Shown here one piece after another: positions 40,181 through 50,809 of a stretch of 64,000 nucleotides of DNA. The notes under the pieces were generated by a model. It was not told the origin of the DNA. It saw nothing but the letters and a program-made list of their open reading frames with translations, and made no database searches. Location of the stretch: the NCBI GenBank assembly GCA_963745025.1, contig CAVUWD010000013.1, positions 128,001 to 192,000 of the forward strand, in the 5' to 3' direction. Within the stretch, counting starts at the first letter, position 1; the number at the start of each line of letters is the position of its first letter. The position numbers and the translations under genes were made by a program. This stretch comes from an uncultured delta proteobacterium (GTDB lineage Bacteria > Desulfobacterota > Binatia > JACPRU01).

Positions 40181-41581
40181 ATGGCGAAGAACGGTATCCA
40201 TGACCTCGTGGTGATCGGCGCGGGGCCGGGCGGCTACGTCGCCGCCATCCGCGCGGCGCAGCTCGGCATGAAGGTGGCCTGCGTCGAGAAGGAGCCCGCG
40301 CTCGGCGGCACGTGCCTGCGCATCGGCTGCATTCCATCGAAAGCGCTGCTCGATTCGAGCGAGCTCTACGAGCAAGCGCGCGAGCGGCTCGGAGCGCACG
40401 GCGTGAAGGTGTCCGGCGTCGAGCTCGATCTCGCGGCGATGATGCGCCGCAAGGACAAGGTCGTGAAGGGGCTGACGGCCGGCGTCGCGTCCTTGTTCAA
40501 GAAGAACGGCGTCGCGCACGTGCGCGGCAGCGCGAGGATCGCCGCTCCCGGCTCGGTGTCCGTGGACGGCGCCGACGCCGGCACGCTGCCGACCAAGGCG
40601 ATTCTGATCGCCACCGGCTCCGAGCCGACGCCTCTTCCCGGCGTCGACTTCGACGGCCGGATCATCGTCAGCTCCGAGCAGGCGCTGTCTTTCACGGACG
40701 TACCCGCGCGGCTTCTCGTCGTCGGTGCCGGCGCGATCGGCCTCGAGCTCGGCTCGGTCTGGGCGAGGCTTGGATCGAAGGTGAAGGTCGTCGAGTTCAT
40801 GGATCGGATTCTGCCGATCATGGACAAGGAGCTCGGCGCGACGCTGAAGAAGGTGCTCGAAAGGCAGGGTCTCTCCTTCCAGCTCTCGGCGAGCGCGAAG
40901 AGCGCGACGATCGAAGGCAAGGAAGCGCGCGTGACGATCGAAGGGGGCGACAAGAGCTCCACCGAGTCGTTCGACATGGTGCTGGTGGCGATCGGCAGGC
41001 GCCCGTATACGGCCGGCCTCGGTCTCGACGCGGTCGGCGTCACGCTGGACAAGAAGGGGCGCGTCGAGGTGGACGAGCATTTCCAGACCTCGGTCGCCGG
41101 CATCTACGCGGTCGGTGATGCGATCCGAGGTCCCATGCTCGCGCACAAAGCGGGGGACGAGGGCGTGGCGTGCGTCGAGATGCTCGCCGGCCAGGCAGGT
41201 CACGTGAACTACGAGGCGGTTCCGAGCGTCGTCTACACTTGGCCCGAGTTCGCCTCCGTCGGCAAGTCCGAAGAGGAGTGCGCCGAGCAAGGCCGCGAGG
41301 TGAAGATCGGCAAGTTTCCCTTCTTCGCCAACGGGCGGATGCGCGCCATGGAGGAGCGCGACGGCCTCGTCAAGGTGATCGCCGACGCCAAGACCGACAG
41401 GGTCCTCGGCGTCCACATCCTCGGGCCGCGCGCCTCTGACCTGATCGCCGAAGGGGCGCTGGCGATCGAGTTCGGCTCGAGCGCCGAGGACATCGCCCGC
41501 ACCTGTCACGCGCATCCAACCCTGCCCGAGGCCGTCAAGGAGGCGGCGCTCGGCGTGGCCGGGCGGAGCATCCACATTTGA
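40181..41581 (+). CDS. lpdA: Dihydrolipoamide dehydrogenase E3
   Basis: GAGPGGY, GGTCLRIGCIPSK, GAGAIGLE, HAHPTLPE. Confidence 0.97.
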   Translation: MAKNGIHDLVVIGAGPGGYVAAIRAAQLGMKVACVEKEPALGGTCLRIGCIPSKALLDSSELYEQARERLGAHGVKVSGVELDLAAMMRRKDKVVKGLTAGVASLFKKNGVAHVRGSARIAAPGSVSVDGADAGTLPTKAILIATGSEPTPLPGVDFDGRIIVSSEQALSFTDVPARLLVVGAGAIGLELGSVWARLGSKVKVVEFMDRILPIMDKELGATLKKVLERQGLSFQLSASAKSATIEGKEARVTIEGGDKSSTESFDMVLVAIGRRPYTAGLGLDAVGVTLDKKGRVEVDEHFQTSVAGIYAVGDAIRGPMLAHKAGDEGVACVEMLAGQAGHVNYEAVPSVVYTWPEFASVGKSEEECAEQGREVKIGKFPFFANGRMRAMEERDGLVKVIADAKTDRVLGVHILGPRASDLIAEGALAIEFGSSAEDIARTCHAHPTLPEAVKEAALGVAGRSIHI

Positions 41582-41590
41582 GGTACGGTC

Positions 41591-42562
41591 TCACCACGCG
41601 TACGCTTCCGGCGCTTCTCCGCCCGGGCCCGGCCAGATCTCGTCGAGCGTCGCGAGCGCTTCCTTCGAGAGCTTGACCTCGAGGCCACGCAGGCTCCCTT
41701 CGAGCTGCGCGACCGTGCGCGGTCCGATGATCGGCGCGGTGATCGCCGGATTGGCGAGCATCCAGGCGATCGCGACGTCCGCCGGCTCGGCGGCGAGCTC
41801 GGCGCAGAAGCGCTCCCAGCGCTCGAGCTGGGGGCGCTTCTCCGCGATCCGCTTCTGGATGCGCTCGGCCGAGCGCCTGCCCTCGCGAATCTTCCTGAGC
41901 GCGCCGCCGAGGAGGCCGCTCCCGAGCGGGCTCCAGGGAAGGATCGCGACGCCGTGCGCCCGGCAGGCCGGGATCACCTCGAGCTCGATCGTCCGCGCAT
42001 TGAGATTGTAGAGGCTCTGCTCCGAGACGATGCCGAGGAAGTTCCGCCGCGCGGCGGCGGCGTTCGCATCCACGATGTGCCACGCCGCGAAATTGCTGCT
42101 GCCGACGTACAGCACCTTCCCCTGCGCGACGAGCTGCTCCATCGCCTGCCAGATCTCGTCCCATGGCGTGTCGCGATCGACGTGATGCATCTGGTAGAGA
42201 TCGATGTGATCGGTCGCGAGCCGCCGCAGGCTCTGCTCGCAGGCGCGGCGGATGTGAGCGGCGGAGAGCCGCGAATCGTTTGGACCGCCACCCATCCGTC
42301 CGTACACCTTGGTCGCGAGCACGATCTTCTCGCGCCTGCCTCCGCCCTGCGCCAGCCAGCGGCCGAGGATCTGCTCGGTCACGCCCTCGCCCGTCTTCCA
42401 CCCGTAGACGTTGGCGGTGTCGAAGAAGTTGAAGCCGCAATCGAGCGCGCGATCCATGATCGCGAAGCTTTCCGGCTCGGACGTCTCCGGCCCGAAGTTC
42501 ATCGTGCCGAGGCAGAGCCGGCTCACCTTGAGTCCCGTGCGACCGAGTTTCACGTACTCCAT
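41591..42562 (-). CDS. Aldo/keto reductase
   Basis: LGRTGLKVSRLCLGTMNFG, FDTANVYG, LATK, DLYQMH, WSPLGSG. Confidence 0.93.
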   Translation of the reverse strand: MEYVKLGRTGLKVSRLCLGTMNFGPETSEPESFAIMDRALDCGFNFFDTANVYGWKTGEGVTEQILGRWLAQGGGRREKIVLATKVYGRMGGGPNDSRLSAAHIRRACEQSLRRLATDHIDLYQMHHVDRDTPWDEIWQAMEQLVAQGKVLYVGSSNFAAWHIVDANAAAARRNFLGIVSEQSLYNLNARTIELEVIPACRAHGVAILPWSPLGSGLLGGALRKIREGRRSAERIQKRIAEKRPQLERWERFCAELAAEPADVAIAWMLANPAITAPIIGPRTVAQLEGSLRGLEVKLSKEALATLDEIWPGPGGEAPEAYAW

Positions 42563-42578
42563 CGTCGTCACCCCCTGT

Positions 42579-43286
42579 TCACCACTCGAGCGGCTTTCGA
42601 TCCTGAAACAGCCGACCCGAGGGACCGTCGTCGGGCAGCATCGCGAGCCAAACCGCAGTATCGGCTCCTTCCTCCACGGAGCGAGGCGCGCCGGAGCCGC
42701 CCATGCGCGTGCGCACCCAGCCCGGGACCGCCGCATTGACGAGGATGTTCTCGCCGCGGAGCTCTGACGCGAGCAGGATCGTCAGCGCGTCGAGCGCCGC
42801 CTTCGACAGCCGGTAGGCGGGCGAGCCGCCGCCGCTTCGCTCGAGATCGTCGAGTGTCCCCATGGCGCTCGAGACGTTGACGATCCGGCCGTAGCCGCCT
42901 TGGCGCATCTGTGGGATGACGGCCTGGCTCAGGCGCCAGGCGCCGAGGAGATTGATCTCGAGCGTCTTTGCGACGACGTCGAGGCTCACCGTCGATGCTG
43001 TCTTGCCAGCGTCGATCAGGATTCCCGCGTTGTTGACCAAGACGTCGAGGCGGCCGAAGCGGTCGCCGATCGCCCGAAGCGCGCGCTCGACGCCGGCGGC
43101 ATCGGTCACGTCGAGGGGCTCCGCCGCGACTGTTCCGCCGAGCTCGGCCGCCGCCGCTTCGCCGCTCTTCGCGTCGCGCGCGCCGATCACGACCGTGAGG
43201 CCATGTCGGGCGAGCTGGCGCGCGATCTCCAAACCGATCCCGCGGTTGGCGCCGGTGACGAGCGCGACACGCGAAGAATTCTGCAT
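42579..43286 (-). CDS. Short-chain dehydrogenase/reductase (carbonyl reductase-like)
   Basis: TGANRGIG, NNAG, YRLSK, PGWVRTRMGG. Confidence 0.92.
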   Translation of the reverse strand: MQNSSRVALVTGANRGIGLEIARQLARHGLTVVIGARDAKSGEAAAAELGGTVAAEPLDVTDAAGVERALRAIGDRFGRLDVLVNNAGILIDAGKTASTVSLDVVAKTLEINLLGAWRLSQAVIPQMRQGGYGRIVNVSSAMGTLDDLERSGGGSPAYRLSKAALDALTILLASELRGENILVNAAVPGWVRTRMGGSGAPRSVEEGADTAVWLAMLPDDGPSGRLFQDRKPLEW

Positions 43287-43298
43287 CGTTCGACTCCC

Positions 43299-44030
43299 TC
43301 AGCTCATGTACATGCCGCCGTTGACGTTGATCGTCTGTCCGGTGATGTAACCGTTGACGGCGAGCAACGCGGCCACTTCGCCGACTTCTTCGCTGGTGCC
43401 GAACCGGCCGACTGGAATCATCTCCGGGCGCACCCGTGGATTGTCGCCGATCATGTCCGTTGCGACTAGCGCCGGAGCGATCGCGTTCACCGTGATCCCT
43501 TGTTGCGCGAGTCGTGCCGCATACCCGTGCGTGAGCCCGAGAATGCCCGCCTTGGACGCGGCATAGTGCGGCCCGACGACTCCGCCGAGCTGGGCCGCGG
43601 TCGACGACACGTTGATGATGCGTCCCCAGCGCCGCGCGCGCATCCCGGGAAGCACCGCCTGGGTCACGAGGAAGATCGACGTCAAGTTGACCGCGAGCGT
43701 CTCCTCCCAGTCGCGGAGGGAGATCTGTTCGATGGCGAGTGGGCGCGCAATCCCAGCGTTGTTGACGAGGATGTCGATAGCTCCGAGCCCCTGCTCGACC
43801 GCGGCGACGGCGCGAGTCACCTCCTCGGCGACCGATACGTCCGCGCCGACGACGATCGACCGCCGCCCGAGCGCCCGGATGGCGGCGGCGACTTCTTCCG
43901 CCTTTTCGAGCTGGCGGCGGGCGTTCACGGCCACGTCCGCGCCCTTTCGCGCGAGCGCCATGGCGATCGCCCGTCCGATGCCTCGGCTTGCGCCCGTCAC
44001 CAGCGCCACGCGTCCGTTCAAACCATCCAT
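43299..44030 (-). CDS. Short-chain dehydrogenase/reductase (FabG-like)
   Basis: The real gene is the C-terminal 243 aa of the 1555-aa ORF: TGASRGIG, NNAG, YAASK, ITGQTINVNGG. Confidence 0.9.
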   Translation of the reverse strand: MDGLNGRVALVTGASRGIGRAIAMALARKGADVAVNARRQLEKAEEVAAAIRALGRRSIVVGADVSVAEEVTRAVAAVEQGLGAIDILVNNAGIARPLAIEQISLRDWEETLAVNLTSIFLVTQAVLPGMRARRWGRIINVSSTAAQLGGVVGPHYAASKAGILGLTHGYAARLAQQGITVNAIAPALVATDMIGDNPRVRPEMIPVGRFGTSEEVGEVAALLAVNGYITGQTINVNGGMYMS

Positions 44031-44105
44031 GACGTTATTTCTTCTCCTGGCCTTTCGTAATAACTTTCTCGGATCGGCGAAGAAAGACGAAGGGGAGGAC
44101 TCCTC

Positions 44106-46802
44106 ATGACCGTTCGTTCGAAAGACAGCTTCCACGCCCGGCAAACGCTGACCGTCGGCGGGCGCCGCTACACGATCTACAGCCTCGAGCGGCTCGAGGC
44201 CGCCGGCCTCGCCGTTCAGCGACTGCCCTATTCGCTGAAGGTCCTGCTCGAGAACCTGCTCCGGCACGAGGACGGCAAGGCCGTCGATGCCGACGACGTG
44301 AAGGCGCTCGCCGGGTGGCAGCCGAAGAGCGTCTCGGAGCGAGAGATCTCCTTCCTGCCCGCGCGCGTGCTGTTGCAGGACTTCACCGGGGTTCCCTGCG
44401 TCGTCGACCTCGCCGCCATGCGCGACGCCATGAAGAGCATGGGCGGAGACCCCAGGAAGATCAACCCGCTGTTTCCCGCGGAGCTGGTGATCGATCACTC
44501 CGTGCAGGTGGATTTCTTCGGCTCGCCGGATGCGCTGCGCAAGAATGCGGAGATCGAATTCGAGCGCAATCAGGAGCGCTACGCGTTCTTGCGCTGGGGG
44601 CAATCGGCGTTTGCGAACTTCAAGGTCGTGCCTCCGGATACCGGCATCGTTCACCAGGTGAATCTCGAATATCTCGCGCGGGTCGTGTTCGAAGGCGTCG
44701 AGGACGGAGCACCCACCGCCTATCCTGATACGCTCGTCGGCACGGACAGTCACACGACGATGGTGAACGGTCTCGGCGTGCTCGGCTGGGGCGTCGGCGG
44801 CATCGAGGCGGAGGCGGCGATGCTCGGCCAGCCGATGCCGCTGCTGATCCCGGAGGTCGTCGGCTTCAAGCTCGCCGGCACGCTCGCCGAGGGCGCGACG
44901 GCGACCGACCTCGTGCTCACGGTCACGCAGATGCTGCGCAAGAAGGGTGTCGTCGGGAAGTTCGTCGAGTTCTACGGCGCCGGGTTGTCGAGCCTCTCGC
45001 TCGCCGACCGCGCCACGCTCGGCAACATGGCGCCCGAATACGGCGCGACGTGCGGCATCTTTCCGATCGACGAGGAGACGCTCGAGTATCTGCGCTTCAC
45101 GGGCCGGAGCCCGGAGCGGGTCGCACTGGTCGAGGCGTATGCCAAGGCGCAGGGGATGTTCCGAAGCACGGCCAGTGTGGATCCCGACTATTCCGATACC
45201 CTCGAGCTCGACCTCGCCACGGTGGAGCCGAGCCTCGCCGGCCCGCGCCGGCCGCACGACCGCGTGTCGCTGCGGCTCTCGAAGCGGGTCTGGCTCGATG
45301 CGCTCCCCGAGCTGAAGGCCGCCGCCGGCGCGAAGGGCGAGGTGAAGGACGGGGTGGGCACGCGGCTCGACGGGGAGGAGGTGGAGATCCGCAACGGGGC
45401 GGTCGTCGTCGCGGCGATCACGTCCTGTACGAACACGTCCAACCCCTCGGTGATGATCGGCGCGGGGCTGCTCGCCAAGAAGGCCGTCGAGCGCGGCCTC
45501 GCCGCCAAGCCCTGGGTGAAGACGAGCCTCGCACCCGGGTCGAAGGTCGTGACCGAGTATCTGCGCGAGTCGGGCCTTCTGCAATCGCTCGAGGCGCTGA
45601 AGTTTCACCTCGTCGGTTACGGCTGCACGACCTGCATCGGCAACAGCGGGCCGCTTCCGGAGCCGGTATCGAAGGCGATCGCCGACGGAAATCTCGTGGT
45701 CGCTTCCGTGCTCTCGGGGAACCGGAACTTCGAGGGACGCATCCAGCCGCAGGTGCGCGCGAACTATCTCGCCAGCCCGCCGCTGGTCGTTGCCTACGCG
45801 CTCGCCGGCCGCATGGACGTCGATCTCTACGGCGAGCCGCTCGGCCTCGATCGCAGCGGCAACCCGGTCTACCTGAAGGACATCTGGCCGTCTCCCGAGG
45901 AGATCCGTTCGACCGTTCGCAAGGTCGTGAAGACCGAGATGTTCCAGAAGCAGTACGGCGAGGTCTTCCGCGGCGACGAGCGCTGGCAGGCGATCCGCGT
46001 CCCGGAAGGGGATCGTTTCGCCTGGGATGGAGACTCGACCTACGTTCGCAAGCCCACGTTCTTCGAGGGCATCGCACCGATGCCGTCGCCGGTCACCGAC
46101 CTCGTCGGCGCGCGCGTGCTCGTCAAGCTCGGTGACTCCGTGACCACCGACCACATCTCTCCCGCGGGCTCGATCGCCAAGGAGTCGCCTGCGGGCCGCT
46201 ATCTGATCGAGCACGGCGTCGAGCTCAAAGACTTCAATTCCTACGGCGCGCGTCGCGGCAATCACGAGGTGATGATGCGCGGCACGTTCGCCAACATCCG
46301 CCTCCGGAACGAGCTCGTGCCGGGGATGGAAGGAGGCTGGACGCGGCACCTCCCCGATGGCGAGAAGATGACGATCTACGACGCCGCCGTGCGCTACGAG
46401 AAGGATCGCGTGCCGCTCTTGGTGATTGCCGGCAAGGAATACGGCTCCGGCTCGTCGCGCGACTGGGCCGCCAAGGGCACGATGATGCTCGGCGTCCGCG
46501 CCGTGATCGCCGAATCGTACGAGCGTATCCACCGCTCGAATCTGATCGGCATGGGGGTGCTGCCGCTCGAGTTCCGGGCCGGCGACCGCCGGGAGACGAT
46601 CGGGCTCAGCGGCGAAGAAACCTACGAGATCACGGGGATTGCGGACGGTCTTTCGCCGCGAACGCTCCTCACCGTCAACGCCGTCTCGGCGGACGGCAAA
46701 AAGAAGAGCTTTCAAGCGCTCTGCCGGATCGATACGCCGGTCGAGCTCGATTATTATCGCCACGGCGGCATCCTGCCGTTCGTGCTGCGACAGCTCCGTT
46801 AG
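44106..46802 (+). CDS. acnA: Aconitate hydratase A
   Basis: [59 protein letters not shown]. Confidence 0.98.
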   Translation: MTVRSKDSFHARQTLTVGGRRYTIYSLERLEAAGLAVQRLPYSLKVLLENLLRHEDGKAVDADDVKALAGWQPKSVSEREISFLPARVLLQDFTGVPCVVDLAAMRDAMKSMGGDPRKINPLFPAELVIDHSVQVDFFGSPDALRKNAEIEFERNQERYAFLRWGQSAFANFKVVPPDTGIVHQVNLEYLARVVFEGVEDGAPTAYPDTLVGTDSHTTMVNGLGVLGWGVGGIEAEAAMLGQPMPLLIPEVVGFKLAGTLAEGATATDLVLTVTQMLRKKGVVGKFVEFYGAGLSSLSLADRATLGNMAPEYGATCGIFPIDEETLEYLRFTGRSPERVALVEAYAKAQGMFRSTASVDPDYSDTLELDLATVEPSLAGPRRPHDRVSLRLSKRVWLDALPELKAAAGAKGEVKDGVGTRLDGEEVEIRNGAVVVAAITSCTNTSNPSVMIGAGLLAKKAVERGLAAKPWVKTSLAPGSKVVTEYLRESGLLQSLEALKFHLVGYGCTTCIGNSGPLPEPVSKAIADGNLVVASVLSGNRNFEGRIQPQVRANYLASPPLVVAYALAGRMDVDLYGEPLGLDRSGNPVYLKDIWPSPEEIRSTVRKVVKTEMFQKQYGEVFRGDERWQAIRVPEGDRFAWDGDSTYVRKPTFFEGIAPMPSPVTDLVGARVLVKLGDSVTTDHISPAGSIAKESPAGRYLIEHGVELKDFNSYGARRGNHEVMMRGTFANIRLRNELVPGMEGGWTRHLPDGEKMTIYDAAVRYEKDRVPLLVIAGKEYGSGSSRDWAAKGTMMLGVRAVIAESYERIHRSNLIGMGVLPLEFRAGDRRETIGLSGEETYEITGIADGLSPRTLLTVNAVSADGKKKSFQALCRIDTPVELDYYRHGGILPFVLRQLR

Positions 46803-46967
46803 CGCATTCGCGTTCTGGGACGCTCCTGCTTCGCAGGAGCCCCCTACGCAGCACGCCTCCCCCGTCCCTGGCCCCGCTTCGCGGAGCCTCTTGGCGGTTT
46901 CCGTGGCGTGATTGTCATTGCCGCCGGACCTGCGCGCGCGGATAGTTCCGGGCGAGGGACGTGAACC

Positions 46968-47600
46968 ATGGAACAGAACGACCGCCGGCGCACCCTCGGT
47001 GTCCTGCTGTTTCCGGGCTTCGAATTGCTCGACGTGTTCGGGCCGCTCGAAGCGTTCGGCATCCGTCTCGCGAAGGATCACTTCGACACGGTTCTCGTCG
47101 CCGAGCGTGTGGGGCCGGTCGAGAGCGCTCAGGGGCCGAAGGCTTTGGCCGAGGCGGCCCTCGACGACATCCGCCGACTCGATCTGATTCTCGTGCCTGG
47201 CGGCTTCGGCACGCGCAAAGCGGTCGACGATCGCGGGCTCCGTGACTGGATCGTACGGCGCGCGGCGGACGCGGAGCTGGTGATGTCGGTCTGCACGGGC
47301 GCGGCGATGCTCGCCCGCGCGGGAGTGCTCGACGGCCGGCGCGCGACCACCAACAAAGCCGCCTTCCAATGGGTGCTCGGGCAGGGCCCGCGCGTCGAGT
47401 GGGTGAAGGAGGCGCGCTGGGTCGAGGACGGGAAGTTCTACACGTCCTCCGGCGTATCGGCGGGAATCGACATGGCGCTCGCCGTCATCGGCAAACTCAC
47501 CAGCCGTGAGCTCGCCGAGCAGATCGCCGTCTTCATGGAATACGACTGGCACCGCGACGCGAGCTGGGACCCGTTCGCGAAGATCCACGGGTTGGTCTGA
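46968..47600 (+). CDS. DJ-1/PfpI family protein
   Basis: ELLDVFGP, VPGG, SVCTGA, TSSGVSAGID; GAGGG RBS. Confidence 0.9.
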   Translation: MEQNDRRRTLGVLLFPGFELLDVFGPLEAFGIRLAKDHFDTVLVAERVGPVESAQGPKALAEAALDDIRRLDLILVPGGFGTRKAVDDRGLRDWIVRRAADAELVMSVCTGAAMLARAGVLDGRRATTNKAAFQWVLGQGPRVEWVKEARWVEDGKFYTSSGVSAGIDMALAVIGKLTSRELAEQIAVFMEYDWHRDASWDPFAKIHGLV

Positions 47601-47604
47601 AAGA

Positions 47605-47673
47605 CGGCTACCGGCTACGGCTACCGAGAGAGACGCCGTGGCTTCTCTTGCGGAAGCCGGTAGCCGGTAGCCG
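47605..47673. repeat. Second inverted heptamer array (CGGCTAC)n ... (GTAGCCG)n
   Basis: Same unit and architecture as 32462-32538, again directly after a stop codon. Confidence 0.85.
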
Positions 47674-48037
47674 TTCCTCCACCGCGTCGAGTAGCGCCTC
47701 GAAGTGCGGGAAGAAAACGCGGTAGTCTTGCCCGATTCGATCGAGGCTTCACGACGGGAATCGGATGATCGCATCGATCGCGCTCCGATCTTCGGAACGG
47801 AGGCTCGGTAGTCGCTTCCGGGTCGGCTCGATGTGCTCGAAGGGATCGCCTTGCCGCGAGCGATCGCCTGCAGGAGCCCTTGTCGGAGAACGGCGAGAGC
47901 AGACCGACGATGAGTTGGTGATCGCCCATGCGGAGCGATGCTCGCGCATCGCTCCGCGCAGGTCAACGCATCCGGCGAGCGTGAAAGAGGATGGCGAGGG
48001 CAGCGCAGAATCGCTAGAAAAAGGCGGGGGGGTTGCG

Positions 48038-48208
48038 ATGAAGCGTTGCGGTGTGAAGGCGAAGGTGCTCGCGGTCGCCGCGGGCGCGGACATTCGCGAG
48101 ATCGCTTCCGCGGTTACGTCCGACATCCGCGGCGACGTGACGGGGCGGCCGCCATGCGCCGTCGTGCACTTCGACGTCGAAGCCGACTTCGACGTCTCGC
48201 TGCTCTGA
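48038..48208 (+). CDS. Small hypothetical protein (56 aa)
   Basis: G-rich RBS, ATG, stop abutting the MFS start; no recognisable motif. Confidence 0.35.
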   Translation: MKRCGVKAKVLAVAAGADIREIASAVTSDIRGDVTGRPPCAVVHFDVEADFDVSLL

Positions 48209-49426
48209 GTGTCCCCGCGGCGCCTCGACCGGAACGTCGTTGCGCTCGGCGTCGCGAGCCTTTTGAACGACGTCTCGAGCGAGATGATCTTTCCTCTGTT
48301 GCCGGCGTTCCTGACCTCGGTGCTCGGTGCGGGCCCGACGTTTCTCGGCGCAATCGAGGGTACGGCGGACAGCGTCTCGAGCCTGCTGCGCATCCCGTCG
48401 GGTTGGCTCGCCGACCGGCACCGCCGGAAACCGCTCGTCGTCGCGGGATACGCGGTAGCGAACCTCGTGCGGCCGGCCGTGGCGGTGGCGACGGCGCCGT
48501 GGCACGTGCTCGCGATCCGCCTGCTCGACCGCGTGGGCAAGGGAGTTCGGACGGCGCCTCGCGATGCGCTGCTCGCCGATTCGGCTCCGCCGGAAGATCG
48601 GGGTCGCGCCTTCGGCTTTCACCGTTCCATGGACCATATCGGGGCGGTCGTCGGTCCTCTGCTGGCGAGCGTGCTTTTCGCCGCCGTCGGCCGAAGCTAT
48701 CGTTGGCTCTTCTTGCTCGCGTCGTTGCCCGGGCTCGCGACCGTGCTCTTCACGATGACTCTCGTCCGCGAGCCGCGAACGGCTCTCGGCGATCGGTCCT
48801 CTGCGGTTGGCGAAGAGCCGGCGGCGCCTGTCGCCGTGGGCCGAAAACCGGCGGCCGCGAGCCGGCGCTTCTATGGGCTGCTGTTGGCGATTCTCTTCTT
48901 CGGGCTCGGCAACTCGACCGACGCCTTCCTGCTCCTCCGTCTCGAGCAGGCGGGTGTGGACGTCGTGCTGCTACCGTTCCTCTGGTCGGCGCTCCACGTC
49001 GTGAAGGTTGCGAGCGCCTACCCGCTCGGTCGCCTCTCCGATCGGGTGGGTCGGGTACCGATCATCGTCGCGGGCTGGAGCTACTACGCGATCATCTACG
49101 CGGGATTCGCCGCGGCCTCGAGCCCGCTCCTGCTGTCGGTCGTCTTCGTCGCCTACGGACTCTTCTATGGATTCACCGAAGGGGCCGAGCGGGCTCTGGT
49201 GAGCGACCTCGCCCCGGCCGAGCGCCGCGGCGCGGCCTTCGGGCTCTACAATGCGGCGGTCGGCATCGTGGCGCTGCCGGCGAGCCTCGCCATGGGGGCC
49301 ATCTGGCAGGCATACGGGCAGGCGGCGGCCTTCGGCTTCGGCGCGACGATGGCCGTGCTCGGAGCCGTCGTGCTGATCGCCGCTATTGGCCCGCGCCGTA
49401 GTCGAAGCAGGCGACCTGCCGAGTGA
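48209..49426 (+). CDS. MFS transporter
   Basis: About 12 TM segments; GWLADRHRRK and GRLSDRVGR motif A; DRVGKGVRTAPRDALLA. Confidence 0.92.
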   Translation: MSPRRLDRNVVALGVASLLNDVSSEMIFPLLPAFLTSVLGAGPTFLGAIEGTADSVSSLLRIPSGWLADRHRRKPLVVAGYAVANLVRPAVAVATAPWHVLAIRLLDRVGKGVRTAPRDALLADSAPPEDRGRAFGFHRSMDHIGAVVGPLLASVLFAAVGRSYRWLFLLASLPGLATVLFTMTLVREPRTALGDRSSAVGEEPAAPVAVGRKPAAASRRFYGLLLAILFFGLGNSTDAFLLLRLEQAGVDVVLLPFLWSALHVVKVASAYPLGRLSDRVGRVPIIVAGWSYYAIIYAGFAAASSPLLLSVVFVAYGLFYGFTEGAERALVSDLAPAERRGAAFGLYNAAVGIVALPASLAMGAIWQAYGQAAAFGFGATMAVLGAVVLIAAIGPRRSRSRRPAE

Positions 49427-49606
49427 AGAGTCGGCGACCGGAGCGCTTCGCGAGCTCGCTCTCGGAACGTCCGAGAGCGTCGGCCGTCCTCGGCGAACGT
49501 TTTGCACCCCTTCGTCGAATCGGGCGCTGCCGAAAAAGAAGCAATCGCGGGCGAGAGCTCGCGAATGACTTCTTTGTCCCTGAGCACGTCGGACATCGCA
49601 CCCCGG

Positions 49607-49659
49607 AAGAGGGACCCGGCCGCTCTTTTACGAGCCAGAAAAGGGACCGGATCCGTTTT
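49607..49659. repeat. Doublet of short palindromes, same family as 18333-18384; overlaps the 3' end of the M20 peptidase
   Basis: AAGAGGGACCCGGCCGCTCTTTT and AAAAGGGACCGGATCCGTTTT. Confidence 0.55.
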
Positions 49660-50809
49660 CTGCATTGAGCGTGATCGCTTCGAGCAAAACCTCCGCCGCG
49701 AGCACCATGTCGTTGACGTCGAGCCACTCCTTGACCGTGTGAATGTCACGCATGCCCGTGCCGAGATTGGCGACTTCGAAGCCGCGACGGTTGAGGATGT
49801 TGGCATCGCAGCCGCCCCCCATGCCGGTCACGGTCACCCGGGCATCGACACGCTCCCCCGCGGCGACGATCAGCCGCACGATGGCCGAGGCGTCGGGCAC
49901 GTTCATCGCCTCGTATTCGCGTATCGCGGTGAACTCGACGCGCGCTCTCTCGGTCTTGCCGCCGATCGTCACGCTGTGGCGGGCGGCGGCGTCCTCGAAG
50001 CATTTTCGCATGTGCGCGGTTTGAGCCTCGAGCTTGTCGTCTCGGTGACTGCGTGCCTCGCCGCGAATCTCGACGAGATTGGGCACGATGTTCACGGCCG
50101 CGCCGCCGCGGATGATGCCGAGATTCGCGGTGGTCTCGTCGTCGATGCGGCCGAGGCGCATGCTTGCCACCGCCTCGGCGGCGATCTGGATCGCGCTCAT
50201 GCCCTTTTCGGGCGCCATTCCCGCGTGCGCCTCTAGGCCATGCACGCGCACGCTGATCGCGTTCGCGCCCGGCGCGCGCGTGAACAGAAAGCCCGGCGAG
50301 TCGCTGTCGAGGACCACGCCGCGCTTCGCCCGCAGCGGGCGGACATCGAGATGCTTGGCGCCGGCGAGGCCCTTTTCCTCGCAGATCGTGAACACGACAT
50401 CGATCGGCCCGTGCGGGATCTCGCGCTCGTGAAGCACCCGGAGGACCTCGCAGACGATCGCCACTCCGGACTTGTCGTCGCCGCCGAGCACCGTCGTGCC
50501 GTCGCTTCTCACGATGTCTCCGTCGACGATCGGCTTGACCCCCTCCCCGGGCACCACGGTGTCCATGTGTGCGGACACGAGGAGGGCCGGGGCTGCGGGC
50601 ACGGTCCCCGGAAAGAGGGCGATTAGGTTGCCGGTGTTGCCGCCGACCTTTTCACCCGCGTCGTCGAAGAGGATGCGGTCCGCGCCGAGATCGCGCATCT
50701 CGCGCTCGAGCCGCAGCGCCACGTCGCGCTCCTTCCGCGAGTGGCTGTCGATCCGCACGAGATCGAGAAGAAGGTCGCGGATTCTGGTCTTGTCGATGCG
50801 CGAGGTCAT
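49628..50809 (-). CDS. M20 family metallopeptidase (peptidase T-like)
   Basis: SAHMDTV, LGGDDKSG, CEEKG, AHAG, GGGCDAN, IHTVKE. Confidence 0.9.
   Translation of the reverse strand: MTSRIDKTRIRDLLLDLVRIDSHSRKERDVALRLEREMRDLGADRILFDDAGEKVGGNTGNLIALFPGTVPAAPALLVSAHMDTVVPGEGVKPIVDGDIVRSDGTTVLGGDDKSGVAIVCEVLRVLHEREIPHGPIDVVFTICEEKGLAGAKHLDVRPLRAKRGVVLDSDSPGFLFTRAPGANAISVRVHGLEAHAGMAPEKGMSAIQIAAEAVASMRLGRIDDETTANLGIIRGGAAVNIVPNLVEIRGEARSHRDDKLEAQTAHMRKCFEDAAARHSVTIGGKTERARVEFTAIREYEAMNVPDASAIVRLIVAAGERVDARVTVTGMGGGCDANILNRRGFEVANLGTGMRDIHTVKEWLDVNDMVLAAEVLLEAITLNAENGSGPFSGS

Noticed and set aside
43299-47966. 1555-aa minus-strand ORF
   Set aside because: Mostly antisense to acnA and the DJ-1 gene; only the last 243 aa (SDR, from ATG 44030) are a real gene.
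49448-49565. Imperfect long inverted repeat between the convergent MFS and M20 genes
   Set aside because: Single occurrence in very GC-rich DNA; it may be a terminator-like hairpin but is not distinctive enough to call.
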